The notes below the pieces were generated by a model. That model saw only the letters and a program-made list of their open reading frames with translations. It was not told where the DNA came from and ran no database searches. A stretch of DNA of 47,098 nucleotides, filler included, from Catajapyx aquilonaris (taxonomy: Eukaryota): NCBI GenBank assembly GCA_000934665.2. It is 2 parts of 2 records of this genome, joined end to end, with 100 filler letters (N's around TTAATTAATTAA, not from the genome) between each part and the next. Parts side by side here need not be neighbours in the genome. Positions count along the whole stretch, not along the records: positions 1 to 29,133 come from JYFJ02006834.1; positions 29,234 to 47,098 come from JYFJ02006836.1. One strand, 5' to 3'. The translations under genes were made by a program, and so were the position numbers. Numbering within the stretch: position 1 is the stretch's first letter; each line of letters begins with the position of its first letter. This document shows positions 23,860-35,608 of the stretch, piece after piece.

Positions 23860-24159
23860 TGTGACAGTATTACGCCCACATGTATATGGATTGCGTCACC
23901 CTGTCCTTGTAGCACCTTCCCGATGGTCACGTGCTCGGCCTCGGCTTCATTCCCATCACGCCTCGCGCCTCCCCTTTATAAGGGGAGCGCCTCCTGGCTC
24001 GAGGCCAGTCTGAGCTGTGCCGTTACCCTGCCTACACCTTCCTTCATACCCCTCCTCACCTTGTAACTCCCTTCCTGACAGTTGTAACATATTCTCGTAC
24101 GGACAATAAACAGATCTGAGCACCCGAACCACAGTCTCTTACGTGCCCGCAAGGTCACA
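23860..24159 (+). mobile_element. Solo LTR (300 bp), Gypsy-like
   Basis: TGTGAC...GTCACA inverted termini and 4-bp TSD CACC (23856-23859, 24160-24163). TATAA at 23977, Inr-like CCAGTC 30 nt downstream, AATAAA at 24105. Confidence 0.82.
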
Positions 24160-27100
24160 CACCCAATATTGCCAATGTGGCGCCGATATATCCACTATAT
24201 TGGCTAAATAGTGGCAATCTTGCCAATGTGGTGCCAATAAAGCCAATATTTAGCCAATATTGGCCCAATATAACTTGCTACCTGGGTGGTATGCAGTACC
24301 AACCTAACCTGAATCTGTACTAATGTGATGAGGTGGCCAAAATAACGTTCCACAACGATGTCAATGTGGTAATAATATATTGTCCGTAATATCAATCACA
24401 GTGTGAACAGTCCGGTCAAATACCAAAATACAGCGGCAGGCAAGAGCGGGAGTACAACCGCTCTCCAAGGTGGTTTGTTTCTCTCTGTCTCTATCTGCTA
24501 CAAGCTCTCACCGTAGTGGCCCACAAGAATCTTATCAACACACAACAAATGGGGGTGAAACATGAGTCAAACGGGTATCCCATTACAACTAACCTAACCT
24601 AACCAAGCCTAACCTTCCTTCCTTGGGATACAGACCTATCTTCAGTGGATACACGCCTATCCTTTATCCTTGCCTTTGCGACACAGCCTGCTGCCCCCAG
24701 TGACTACTACCCTCCCGCCTTTCGCACGCCAGTAAGACCTACTACAACCCTAATGGGATAATAATTCATTTGGTTCTTTCAGTGTGAGAACATTGTCTTA
24801 ATTTTATTATAATTTTATTGTTCGTTAATGAAAAGGTGTGAGATGGCTGGCCATGGGGATGGAGGAGGCCAGATTGATTTTCTTTTTAGACTCCTAGTTA
24901 TTTTTACTCGCCAACTTTTTACAGAAGTCATTTGCCAGTAATTCGTCAGTTATTTTGACCCTTAGATTGGTTTTCACCTTTAGGAGCACAACAAAGCATG
25001 AGACTTGATGCTGTCGGGTATTCGTGACAATGCCTAGCAAATTCTTACAAATTATTAGAATAGTGCAGTTCTAAAATTAATCAGGCCTGATGTAAAATTA
25101 TACATACAAACTTACAATACATTTTATATGGGTAAGTGGATATTGCATTTCGTTTGGGTACTGCAGGCCAGGTAATTTTGGGCGGCAGCGGCCAGAGCCA
25201 CTGATTGCTGACCCCTGCTCTAAAGTGCTTGTGCTCCACCTTTATTGTGATGACTTCCTAAGTTTGTTTTGCGCTTCTCTGTTCCTGTCCTTTTTATCCC
25301 ACTGTGAGCCAGTACGTAGCCCTTAGCGTTTTGGCCGACCCACATTTACAATCATTACTGACCAGCATGCTACGTACGTACATACCTAGCTATAACCAGC
25401 TATAACTCATTTAAAATCTTGTTCACTGGTTGAACAGATGGGTGTATAAGGATTGTTGTGAGCAAAATTAATATCACTGTAAGTATTACTTGATTCTGTT
25501 AGAATTAAAATAAATATGCAGTTAATAATGAACTGTATTTTATTTATTTCTTTGTCCTATGGTATGAAATGCAGAGACTATTACGTGCTATTACGCAATG
25601 GTGTGGATATCCAACGGGGCTGCCGCCCTGGGACGAGGCCCTTGCATGCTGGTGACGACCCTTGCCATGGTCGCATTTGTTTGTTTGTTTTTTTCTTTTT
25701 TGGCCAGGGGTGGGTCAGAACACGGTGAAACCGCGAATTTTCAATTTTATTATTGCCGCACTAGGTTCAGCATTACCCCGCTTGAGTCCGCCACTCAAGG
25801 GTCCGGGACCGCGTCCGGGACTTGTTCGGGACCCCTGCGTTATATTTCGGAATCTGGCGGCAGCCAGCGGGAGACAACATAGTTGCCGGTTTTGGTGAGG
25901 TGACCTTGGTAGTGACGCTCTCACGTGTTCAAGTTAGAGGCTAGCTATGGGCTAGCTGCTGCACACTTCGGCACACACTTCGGCTGCAGAAATACAGAAT
26001 AGGGGCAGGCAGAATAGGCGATCGGGCATCTGGGAACAGTGGGAATGCGGGCCGCAAGATGGCTGCCCCCATACCGAAAGCCGCAGCTGGAGCAGGCTGG
26101 AGCACGAGCTGGAAGTTGACGATAGCTGTAGACACGCTCATTTCCACGCTGACCTGCTGCTTTTCTGCCTACTTTTCTTCTTGGACGCTCTAGCCCCGGC
26201 TTCCGGAGTTCCTGCGATCGGGCTGTAAACAAATCTACGTACCATGGTTGATGAAACTGACGCTGTTGTTCCAGGTATTCTTATCATGGCAGCTGAATTT
26301 CATCAGCAATGATGCCAGTAGGTAACGTAATCTAGGAAACATTATACTTTGGGACATGAGATGTGTTCGTAAAGGCCAGGAGCATGGGGAAGGTTTACGA
26401 TCTCTCGAGCCTTCAGGGCTGTTAACTAGTAGACCTGCTCTACCATACACTCCCTTTTAATTATTTGTCTATTTGGGTGAATAGGGAAAGGGGTCCATAT
26501 TTCGACCATGCGCCTAATTACGACCAACATGCCATCTCCGTGGTAACGTGCTGCAAATTGTCGGTGACAGTGGTAAAATGTCACAAAGACGGAATATTGG
26601 TGAGATGGCAGCACGGATGCGAACATACTTGCATTGTGCAACCTTTGACACCAGTTTGTTTCTAAGCGCATGGTGGACTGCAGCGCATGCTATTATTATT
26701 GGCCATCATTTCCAAGCTATTAAGCTATGCTATTCAATCATTTATTTTAGCCTATGATGTTGCTTGTCACACTGCTTATTTGCAGGTTTTAACCCTTTAC
26801 CACCAATGTGAATCTGCCATACATTGGCTACGACGTGGGGTCTTTAAGGACCCCAAGCAGTTTTCATTCTTTTACAAATTTGACTTAATAGTACTAAATC
26901 CATTCTTCCCCGCTAAATTTGGCCCGTATTCTCATCTGTATGTGTAAAAAAAATTATCTCCTGTGACCATTAGTTGAGTCATAAGGGACTTCTTGAGACT
27001 TCGTTGTTGTAGCTTTGTAGCCTTCTAGCTCGATGCCGTAAGTAATGGCTTATAACGTAAACCCCCCTGACGTGATCCAATCAATCCCCATCGGACACTA

Positions 27101-27304
27101 TTGGTTGATATGTCATCTAATCACTTGAGATATAGGTTAGTTTTCGACACATGTATACCACATGTGCAAATTTGAGGCTCATGGAACTCGTAATTCCAGT
27201 TTTTGGAGGGCTTAGAGCAACAAGTGCATAAGTTCCTCATGAAAAAAGTTGCAAAATAGAACCTTTTTGATCACCACTGATCATTTACATTTTTATGACT
27301 GTCA

Positions 27305-28154
27305 CTAGCTGCGACACCTGGCGTTGCTCGGGAATAAATGAATGAAGGGATAACCCTTACCTGTAGCCCAGTAATAAAAATTTTCACGCACAGAGAACCG
27401 CCATGACACTTAGGAAAGCCGGGTCCATGGTCATAGACTACTAAGGTCTGGACACTCCCACCTACCCCCTGCTGGGGCGTTTTACAGGAGGTGCTCACCT
27501 GAGCGCGCCATGAGACCTTTCACTGCGCTATTATGTGGTGACCCTACCGGACTACGCTGAACTTTATAGGTACAAAAAGGGAAGCGCAACATTGGTCGGG
27601 CATGTAGGGCTGTAGGGCATGTAGGGCCACATGTAGGGCTTCCCTTTTGTACCTATAAAGTTCAGCGTAGTCCGGTAGGGTCGCCACATAAATGCTCCGT
27701 GAAAGGTCTCATGGCGCTCTCAGGTGAGCACCTCCTGCGAAACGCCCCGGCAGGCGATAAGATAAGAACATAGAGGTAGTGATCGGGGGCTGGCCGGGTC
27801 GGAAGGACGGGAGAGGTTGGAGGTGCAGGAAGCGGACCACAGACGGCAGGCGAATGAGATGGTTGGCGTGCCGGACGGACGGACAGACAGACAGACAGAA
27901 TCACATCCGTCTTTATTGATAGATTAGGAAGGTCGAGAGAGGTTGGAGGTGTTGCAAATGGACCACAGATGGCAGGCAAATGACGGTTGGGGTTATACAG
28001 GCAGGAGAGGTTGAAGGTGCGTAGCAGGCAAATGACGGTTGGTGTTTTACAGGCGGGAGGAGGACCGCATCCAGATGGCATTGGTGGGTGGACAGACAGA
28101 CAGAGAGAAAGTCAGAAAGACAGACAGACTCACAAACGTCTTTATTGATATAGA
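27305..28154 (-). mobile_element. Non-autonomous Helitron with (GACA)n microsatellite and duplicated 5' end
   Basis: Minus strand reads A|TCTATATCAATAAAGACG ... hairpin ... CTAG|T. A second 5' end lies near 27923. A 5'-truncated paralogue lies at 30125-30297. Confidence 0.82.
27426..27792. mobile_element. CATG...CTG element with internal hairpin and 8-bp TSD, copy 2
   Basis: Perfect TSD GCCGGGTC (27418-27425, 27793-27800). Hairpin at about 27468-27754. Empty site GCCTGGTC at about 30239-30246 in the Helitron paralogue. Confidence 0.8.
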
Positions 28155-28370
28155 TATGCACGCTTTATATAATACAATTTGCTGTGATGTGTTCTCTAAA
28201 AAATTATGTACATTGGCTAAGACGCGGAGTTCTGGACCACACAGGGATGCTTTGCAGGAAAAAAGTACCGATAACTCGGCAATTTTTTTTTCTACCGATG
28301 TCAAAATTTTTCATTGGATCGAAGAAAGTATGTTTGAGGAAGGCCTGCCATTAAATTGCGATGGTATTAA

Positions 28371-28650
28371 CCCTGGAACCGTGCCATGCCTGAAAGTTAT
28401 GGCAACTGTGCCGTGGGGTCTTTTCGGAGCCCATCCATATTTTAATTTTTATTAATTTTTATATAATACTTTTCAATGTATTGACTAGATGAAAATACAT
28501 TGAACTATGCCTAAAATGTTCGCTAATTCAAAATAAGCATGCACTTCCTGTTATATACTGTAAAAAATTGGCAAAAGTTCATTGTAATCATAATTTTAAT
28601 CCATTTTAATTCCTTGGGGTCCAAAATGACCCCACGGCACGGTTCCAGGG
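28371..28650. mobile_element. piggyBac-like MITE (280 bp)
   Basis: TTAA|CCCTGGAACCGTGCC ... GGCACGGTTCCAGGG|TTAA, with internal GTGGGGTC / GACCCCAC subterminal repeats. Confidence 0.88.
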
Positions 28651-28967
28651 TTAACGACATTGTGGGGTCCAAAAAACCCCACGTTGGTGATTAAGGGTTA
28701 AAGTATCGACACCATGCTGCATCTTGTCGATGTGAACCAGCAGCCACAGTAGAAAGTTGCCATGTTCCTAATTTTGGCTACCTAGGCCGTTCCTAATTTC
28801 GGATACCTACTGAACTATCATGCTCATTGTGACAATTCCATTTATTTCGCGGAAACTCAAGAAAGAAGTCATAGGAAACGTTTGCGCATCTGTACTACCT
28901 GCTGTTGTCCCCGCAAAAAAGAGCACTGCTCTACCACGGGGTAAATGAAATAAATAAAATTTAATTA

Positions 28968-29133
28968 GGGTGGTTCCATTTCAAATCAGGCGGAGGCTGT
29001 CAGGGCTTGGTCTCCGATTATTACGGAAAAATTACGCGAAGTACCACTGTCGAAATGATGACGAATGACACTGGCTATTTTTCAGTGTCATTTTTTATTT
29101 GCCCTGAAAAAAATCATAACCGCAGGGGTACCA
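28968..29133. mobile_element. Terminus of another copy of the Sola2-like element, cut by the assembly gap
   Basis: Near-identical to the reverse complement of 23094-23259. Confidence 0.9.
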
Positions 29134-29233
29134 NNNNNNNNNNNNNNNNNNNNNNNNNNNNNNNNNNNNNNNNNNNNTTAATTAATTAANNNNNNNNNNN
29201 NNNNNNNNNNNNNNNNNNNNNNNNNNNNNNNNN
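29134..29233. other. Artificial 100-bp scaffold gap linker
   Basis: 44 N + TTAATTAATTAA (stops in all six frames) + 44 N. Confidence 0.95.
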
Positions 29234-30124
29234 ATTCGAGCACGTGTCATAAGGTCGCGGGAGGAAAGCTCTCGACGGCACTCGCCCAAATCACCTGCTC
29301 CTGGCACACTGATTGGCGGGAGAAAAAGTCGCGGACGATTCCATAACAGTCCGACAATCTTTTTGACCGTGATAGTACACTGTACAGTATACAGTATATC
29401 ACATACGACCAGTATGTTGGTTTCTCGAGGCTGCTTAACGAGTACTGGTCGATGGAAATTACTTCGCCAAATTGCAGGTCCAAGATGAGAATGATATAAA
29501 GCATCGCTGGAGAAATAACGAAGCCACAATTATATTTCATGTCAATAGGGTTGGAATACTGCTCAATATTATTTAGGCCTAATAAGTCTGTCGTGGTGTT
29601 GAAAGGTTTTTAAGCAACATTTGGTCGAATTTTCTCCAAATCAGGTATATCCAAGTTAGGAAAATGCGAAGGCGAAATGTGTGGGACTGGAAGTACCTAT
29701 GTTGATATTGTTGATGCTGAATGTGAAAGTAACACTTATTAAAATTTAGCTGTGTGAAACAAAAAGGTTGAATTGTTGTCTATGTGTCTCGCATATATAA
29801 TTACTGCCTTACTGCTTATTGGTAAAAAGGATTTCCTGTCAGTTCAACTTTGGGATGTACACAGTTTGGTTTGGCAATGGGCCAATGGCTGAACTAAATG
29901 CATATTATGCTAAAATAATTGTTCCGCAGGAGTAATGTGCTTCAACTCAAACGCTGCAGCTGTTCAGCAGTAATAAAAAGAGGTGCAATTAGTAAATCAA
30001 TATGGGCTTGGTTATTGCATGATTTCTTTATTAGTGGCAAAAAGTAAATATGACATCAATGTAATACAGTATAATAAGATAAATATTAAATTTAACAAAT
30101 ACATCAAGTGTTTTTATTTCAGTA

Positions 30125-30297
30125 CTAGCTGCGGCACCCGGCGTCGCGCCCGGGTTGAAATGCATGAAGGGAAAACACCTACCTGTAGCCCTGTCAAAAT
30201 TTTCAAGCTCAGACAGACGCCATGACACTTTTAGGAAGGCCTGGTCGGAAGGACGGGAGAGGTGGGAGGTGTGGGAAGCGGACCACAGATGGCTGAT
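30125..30297 (-). mobile_element. 5'-truncated Helitron, paralogue of 27305-28154
   Basis: Begins A|CTAGCTGCGGCACCCGGCGTCG and aligns with 27305-27425 plus 27801-27850. Confidence 0.78.
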
Positions 30298-31714
30298 GTA
30301 CACCGGAATACCGAAGTGATTACCCCCTTGGTCAGTTCCTATTGCATTTTCTGAACATTTTCCCAATAAGAAACGAGAAAAATATTTAGTTTCAAAATAT
30401 TGACAAAATTAGTGACAAACAACCAATGAGACCATTAGGACCCAATTGGTGCTACAAGAGCAAAACGGATGAAAGCTGAAAATTTAAATGCCACTTAATG
30501 GATCACTCACATAGTGCTCTATCCTCAAAACGATATTTTTTTAAATTCAATTGTGGAGTTCGTGGTGGCAACAATTAAAGATAAATGAAATTATTTTTGA
30601 ACGCCACCACTCCAGGTTTGGGGCTTGCTCCTTCCCTTCTTATTACCCCCTAGCATGGTACCTCGCTATTCTAGATTTTACAACAGAACTGCATAATAAA
30701 AATCTCACTTCTTTATTATGGGTGTACAGGTACAGACACTTAAAGAAAAGCCACAGCCCATTCAGCTAATAAGAGAAATTCGAATGTCCATTTAAATGGG
30801 CATTTGGTCTCAGGAGGAAAAGAAAATGACCAGTTCTCTACAGCATCAAAGGTTGTTGCAGGCACATCCTTTCGTATTTCCTAATAGTAGCCTACACATC
30901 CCTTGAAAATCCCAGGACATTCGCGCTCCATTGCGAAAATCCCACTCTAAATAAATATGAGTTAAAAAATAAAACTTATCTGATGAGCGGCTAGCTTCAG
31001 CAGTGATTTAATTTCCGCGACCGAAGTCTGATATTCGACACTAGGTGGCTACACCTATTGAGACCATATTGTAGCCTACTTATGGGATACCAACAGATTA
31101 CAGTTCTGTTGGCATCACTGGTGGCGGCCGATATTATTATTATTTATTTTTTTTGCTGATGTCGCCATAATGTCGACGCCTGGTCTCAGGAAGATAATTT
31201 ATTATACATCGTATCCAACGGCAAAAAAATAAAAATTATATAAACTAAAATTCACTCAAAATTAATTGGTTACCCAAATTGCCATTGTAGGGGTAGGCTA
31301 TACTTAGCATACCTCGTAAACCCTCGTATACACTAAACGTCATAAGCTCTTAATATAACATATTTACATAGATTTTGAGATGCTGGTGATAAATATATCG
31401 GTATGATTATGATCCCAATAAACATAGAAGTGCATTTTCAATAATATATGTTGGTAAAGTAATATTTTGTTAACAATTTTAATAATATTATCCACCAAGA
31501 TAATGAATTATAATGAATAATATTTTGCTACCAAATGAGACTCAAGATATGAAGGATTTAATGGTGATGGTAAATTAGTCTCACCTGAATTAAAGCAGTA
31601 TATTGTTCAAAAATATTGAAACGATCTGTAAATGACCGAAAGCATTAGTTTCACACTTACCATTGGGTGTCACTGTTCCAGTTCCTACAAACCATAATAT
31701 GACAAACACTGCAA

Positions 31715-33748
31715 TCATATTCGACCGCGCATTATTCGACAAAAATGAGCAATTTCCGCCACCAACACCACTACACAACCGAACAGGCCTAGAAGCCAAA
31801 TATTGAAGATGGCTCCCAACTTGTCCTTTGTCATCACTTCATCTCGAACGTATGTCTTGGCAGCGATCTCTTCCGCCTCTAGGATCCTCCTCAGGTTGCG
31901 GAGGAAGTTCATGTACTTCTCGTGCTCGATGAAGGTGTAGTATAAATTGAACTCCACAGCCAGTGCCACTACTTTTTTGGCCATATGAAACAATTGGGTT
32001 TGTCCTTTAGCAGTACCGGCAAAGGCATATCCAGGGAATCTATCGTCTTGGATATACTGGAGGTTCAATGTCCCATCACTGCTCGTGTGAAGACACGTTT
32101 CTCTCTCCAGGAGAATGTTGACACCAAGGCAGACAACGTTGTCATCTCGAGTCTTACGCAGACAATCCGGAATAGTGCCTCCCATTTTCATGCGCTTACA
32201 AATCTCAACCACAGCGGGATCCTGAGCCATTTTACAGTAGTCACTTATGATGAGATAGTTTAACATATCCGCTTCCAAATCCCAGTTGGAATTAAGAAAT
32301 TCTACAGCAGTGGTTGGAACAAACTCTTCCGGAGGCCATGTCAGGAAGGACACTAGCTTGGCCCTGTATCCAGTGGTGATCACGGTGACAAACATGAGCA
32401 TACATGCAGTGAAACTGAGTGAATATTTATTCGTGTTGAAGCTTATATCTTGGTCCATCAGTGCTCGCAAAATGAGGTCGACTGATTGTGAAAGTGAAAG
32501 AGTACTGGTCGAGTTACGTCTCCGTTTGGATATATAAAATGAGGCAATAAACAGTGTGATTAGGCTGAATGCAATAAACATCCACACCAAGAGAGGATAA
32601 GGCATGAAGATGACCTTCCAGGTCACAATTCTTCTAGGGATCCTTGTCAAGCCGGTTCCAAAGGCGAATATGTAAGGTTGGGGAATATTAAGGAATGGGT
32701 ACGATTCTTCTGAAGCTAAAATGCATGGTAAGGCATCGGTCTTGTTCTGCACCAGACTACCCACCAACCCTCCCCAGGGTCCGTTGGGATAACGAAAGTC
32801 CAGCTCCACTCGAAATTCCTCCGTAGTGTACTCCATTTTTCCGCCTACAGCAACTTCCGCAAATATTGCTATTCTCGGGTTCAGGTCTAGTGTGAACTCC
32901 CCCTCAGCCTCCTTCTGCATCCTCGCAGCTGGCATGTCAATGTCTACGTAGAAACGAGTTCTGACAACCCTTCCGTTCATCCTCTTGACGTCGTAGTCTC
33001 GAAAGAAGAGATCCACCATGCCTCCACCACCGTCATCAGATGGATCGAACACTCCGAGATGCAGTGTTTGTGGGTACCCTCCTTGTGCGCAGTAGAAGCA
33101 GACCGTGTCCACCTTGATCCGCCCATCGGGGCCATCCCCTGTGACCATGACCTTTAGCCTGAGGGAGGTGGCGGGTGGGGAGTGGGCCATGATCCTGTGC
33201 ACCTCTCCTACCTCCTGAGCATGATGAGGATGAGTGTGACCATCAGTCCTGAAGTGAATGATGAATCGATCTTCCCCTGGAGCCACCTTGACCAAGGAGG
33301 CTGCGTGCATGACGAGTGGTGGCAGAGCGTGGACATGGGTGGGCATGAACAGGTGCAAAGTGCAGGAGAGTCCGGGCCAGAGACGGGACAGGAGCTGAGG
33401 CGGGACAGTGGTGAAGTCGTGCATCTGGTCCTGTCTGACCAGCCAGGGGTAGTCCTCAAGCGAGTGTTTTTGTCTGTCCGGACTGGAGGTGGTCATCCGG
33501 AGGGGGAAGGTGGGCAGGTACCTGTCCGAGTGTCCGATCAGGAGCTTCTGAACCGGGACGCTGAAGGAGACTGAATCGGTGGCGGTGACCAGCCTGCATC
33601 CAGCCAGATCCGCCCTCCGAAGGACGCGTCCCACCAGTCGGGACACAGACTCGTCCTCCTCCGCATCCTTGTCCAGGCTAATGTTATTTCCCAACACTAT
33701 TCTCACAGTCAGCACCACCCACACCAGGACACGTCCAAACGACCCCAT
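31715..33748 (-). CDS. Divergent ionotropic receptor (variant iGluR, chemosensory IR family), intronless, 677 aa
   Basis: Long ORF with a signal peptide, S1 motif NGPWGGLVGSLVQNKTD, pre-M1/M1 IFMPYPLLVW, pore loop LRALMDQ, M2 ITTGYRAKLVSFLTWP and M3 LGAIFNIWLLGLFGCVVVLVAEI. First in-frame ATG at 33748; the track start at 33766 is GTG. Confidence 0.92.
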   Translation of the reverse strand: MGSFGRVLVWVVLTVRIVLGNNISLDKDAEEDESVSRLVGRVLRRADLAGCRLVTATDSVSFSVPVQKLLIGHSDRYLPTFPLRMTTSSPDRQKHSLEDYPWLVRQDQMHDFTTVPPQLLSRLWPGLSCTLHLFMPTHVHALPPLVMHAASLVKVAPGEDRFIIHFRTDGHTHPHHAQEVGEVHRIMAHSPPATSLRLKVMVTGDGPDGRIKVDTVCFYCAQGGYPQTLHLGVFDPSDDGGGGMVDLFFRDYDVKRMNGRVVRTRFYVDIDMPAARMQKEAEGEFTLDLNPRIAIFAEVAVGGKMEYTTEEFRVELDFRYPNGPWGGLVGSLVQNKTDALPCILASEESYPFLNIPQPYIFAFGTGLTRIPRRIVTWKVIFMPYPLLVWMFIAFSLITLFIASFYISKRRRNSTSTLSLSQSVDLILRALMDQDISFNTNKYSLSFTACMLMFVTVITTGYRAKLVSFLTWPPEEFVPTTAVEFLNSNWDLEADMLNYLIISDYCKMAQDPAVVEICKRMKMGGTIPDCLRKTRDDNVVCLGVNILLERETCLHTSSDGTLNLQYIQDDRFPGYAFAGTAKGQTQLFHMAKKVVALAVEFNLYYTFIEHEKYMNFLRNLRRILEAEEIAAKTYVRDEVMTKDKLGAIFNIWLLGLFGCVVVLVAEIAHFCRIMRGRI

Positions 33749-34829
33749 GACTGCTGCCTCACTCACATATTCTGTGCCACGTAGGCACTCTCTAGGTTGC
33801 GACGCAGTACACCTCTTGACACGAACGGTTGAGTAGTCATTACTCTGTCAACTGAGAGACGAGTTGGAAAGATAATAGACACACTTGGAACCGATGGAGC
33901 ACCAGGGCTAATTACACCTCCTGCACGTCAAGCAATGGATTGACTTCCACAGCGGTAGATAATGTATGACTTATTAACCTCTTCAGACCCGAGAAGAATT
34001 GAGTAACGCAATGTCAGTGTCACCCAGCGAGACCTACACGAATGGCATAGGCCTATATGATACATAATTATAAAATCACACTTGCACAAGCTTATGCGAC
34101 TCAATCTCGCCAGTTATGTATTATACTTTTAGAACACCTGACACTTAGTCACTCGGACATTGGGAAATTGTTTACGATTAAATCGATGACAAGTGATAAT
34201 TTTTCCTGATGGTGCAGTTGTGCAGTTGCGAAAGAGGCATTGCGGCCATCCTCCGCACCTGCACTTATTGCACCATATATGGTATATGGCAAGTTTTAGC
34301 TATAATTCTACGCGTCTAAGGGCAATTTTACCACTATATACGTTTTCATCTCTCACTCTCTCTCCTGGACCATGTCGTGACGACTACACACCCTTGGTAA
34401 GTTACCATTTTGTTACTTTTCTGATACGCACGAACATTCTTATGTTCTTTTTCTTTTGGCATGTTTGCTCAAACCTGTATCAAATTCGGATAAACTGGAA
34501 ACGCTAAATAAATGTGTTATTATTGTTATACTGGTGTATTTCTTACTCTCTGGGCCTGATTATCGGAAAACTTGACCCATCCATGGGGAGGTGCGGTGTC
34601 GGTAGGGAGATTCTGACTCCCACCTAGGAGGTTGTCTTGCAACATGACCCCCCAACATAAAGACAATGCACTTGCACCAGTGTCCCCTCATCACAAATCC
34701 CTATCCTGATCCCTGCACCGTGGGAAGTGGTGGGCAGTTACCAGAGTTCACTGCAAGAAGCGTCTCTTTGACTCTCCAACGACGGTAGGGGTAGGCTCAG
34801 CTTACGCCGAAGGCCTGATCCAGGGCCTT

Positions 34830-34889
34830 TTCAAGGGCCGTAACATGGTGGCAGCGGCGCGCCGCTGCCACCATGTTACGGCCCTTGAA
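34830..34889. repeat. Perfect 60-bp palindrome without loop, core of a small degenerate MITE (about 34795-35000)
   Basis: TTCAAGGGCCGTAACATGGTGGCAGCGGCG|CGCCGCTGCCACCATGTTACGGCCCTTGAA. The outer AGGCCTGATC / GATCAGGCCT also pair. Confidence 0.9.
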
Positions 34890-35208
34890 CAGGCCTTGGA
34901 GCCGCCTTCGATCAGGCCTGTGAGTAAGACACGTAGTAAGGCATTACTCTCCGAGTTCGTAAGGGTTCCTCAAAGAAGAGTTGAATAGTCGTCACTGAGC
35001 CTTTACTTGCAACTAAAACCAGGTGAGTCATAAATACGCTAAGTGGCAACACATTAGTAATTACATTCTATCTTTATACAACAATGCGCCCACAACGATC
35101 AGTCTTTCTCCTTTCTTTTCATTACAAAGAATCCAATATGGTGGACTTGTGGACATCTCTTCATAGTCGGTGGTTGAGGGTTGACTGGTGTGAGAGGGGA
35201 GAGTAGTG

Positions 35209-35608
35209 TCACTTTTTCCTGTACTGTGCGAAGAGGTCTTGTTTCCAACACTTGCAGCTTCCAGGGATGAGGAACCAATCGTAGTAGAGTCGGACCTGGA
35301 AGCAGCCAATGTCGTCGAAGCCGTCGCAGTAGGCCGGCTTGGCAGTGGTGGTGGGCTGGGGAGGCTGCGGCTGGTCTGCGGCGGCCGGTCCCGCGCGGTT
35401 GATCAGGTACTGCTGGTACCTCTGGAAGTCGTAGACCGGGGGCGGGGCCGGGGGCTGGGGCGAGGCGGTCACGGGCGGCCTCGGGGCGCCAGGGCGGCGA
35501 GGGGTGGTCGGGAAGTAGTTGTCCGGGTAGTAGATCTCGGCCACCAGGAGGCTGTTCCACCGGGGGGACGCAAGGCAGGAGCCCTTCAGGTAGTGGCACT
35601 CCCGCTGC
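35209..35608 (-). CDS. spz6: spz6-like exon 7 (last): QRECHYLKGSC...GSCKCWKQDLFAQYRKK*
   Basis: Acceptor ttgaccttccAG|. 400 nt, phase 2 start, TGA at 35209-35211. Confidence 0.9.

Larger units (their letters stand above)
26793..28697. mobile_element. piggyBac-like MITE expanded by nested insertions
   Basis: TTAA|CCCTTTACCACCAATGTG ... CACGTTGGTGATTAAGGG|TTAA. Empty TTAA site in the host paralogue at 7133-7136. Confidence 0.8.
26490..28810. mobile_element. Non-autonomous DNA element (pogo-like), copy B, outer host of a deep TE nest
   Basis: Aligns with 6078-7225 once the 26793-28697 insertion is removed. Boundaries are approximate. Confidence 0.6.

Noticed and set aside
25700..26450. GC-rich stretch with several short ORFs and splice-like motifs
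   Set aside because: Candidate exons would need a 20-nt intron and no domain is recognisable.
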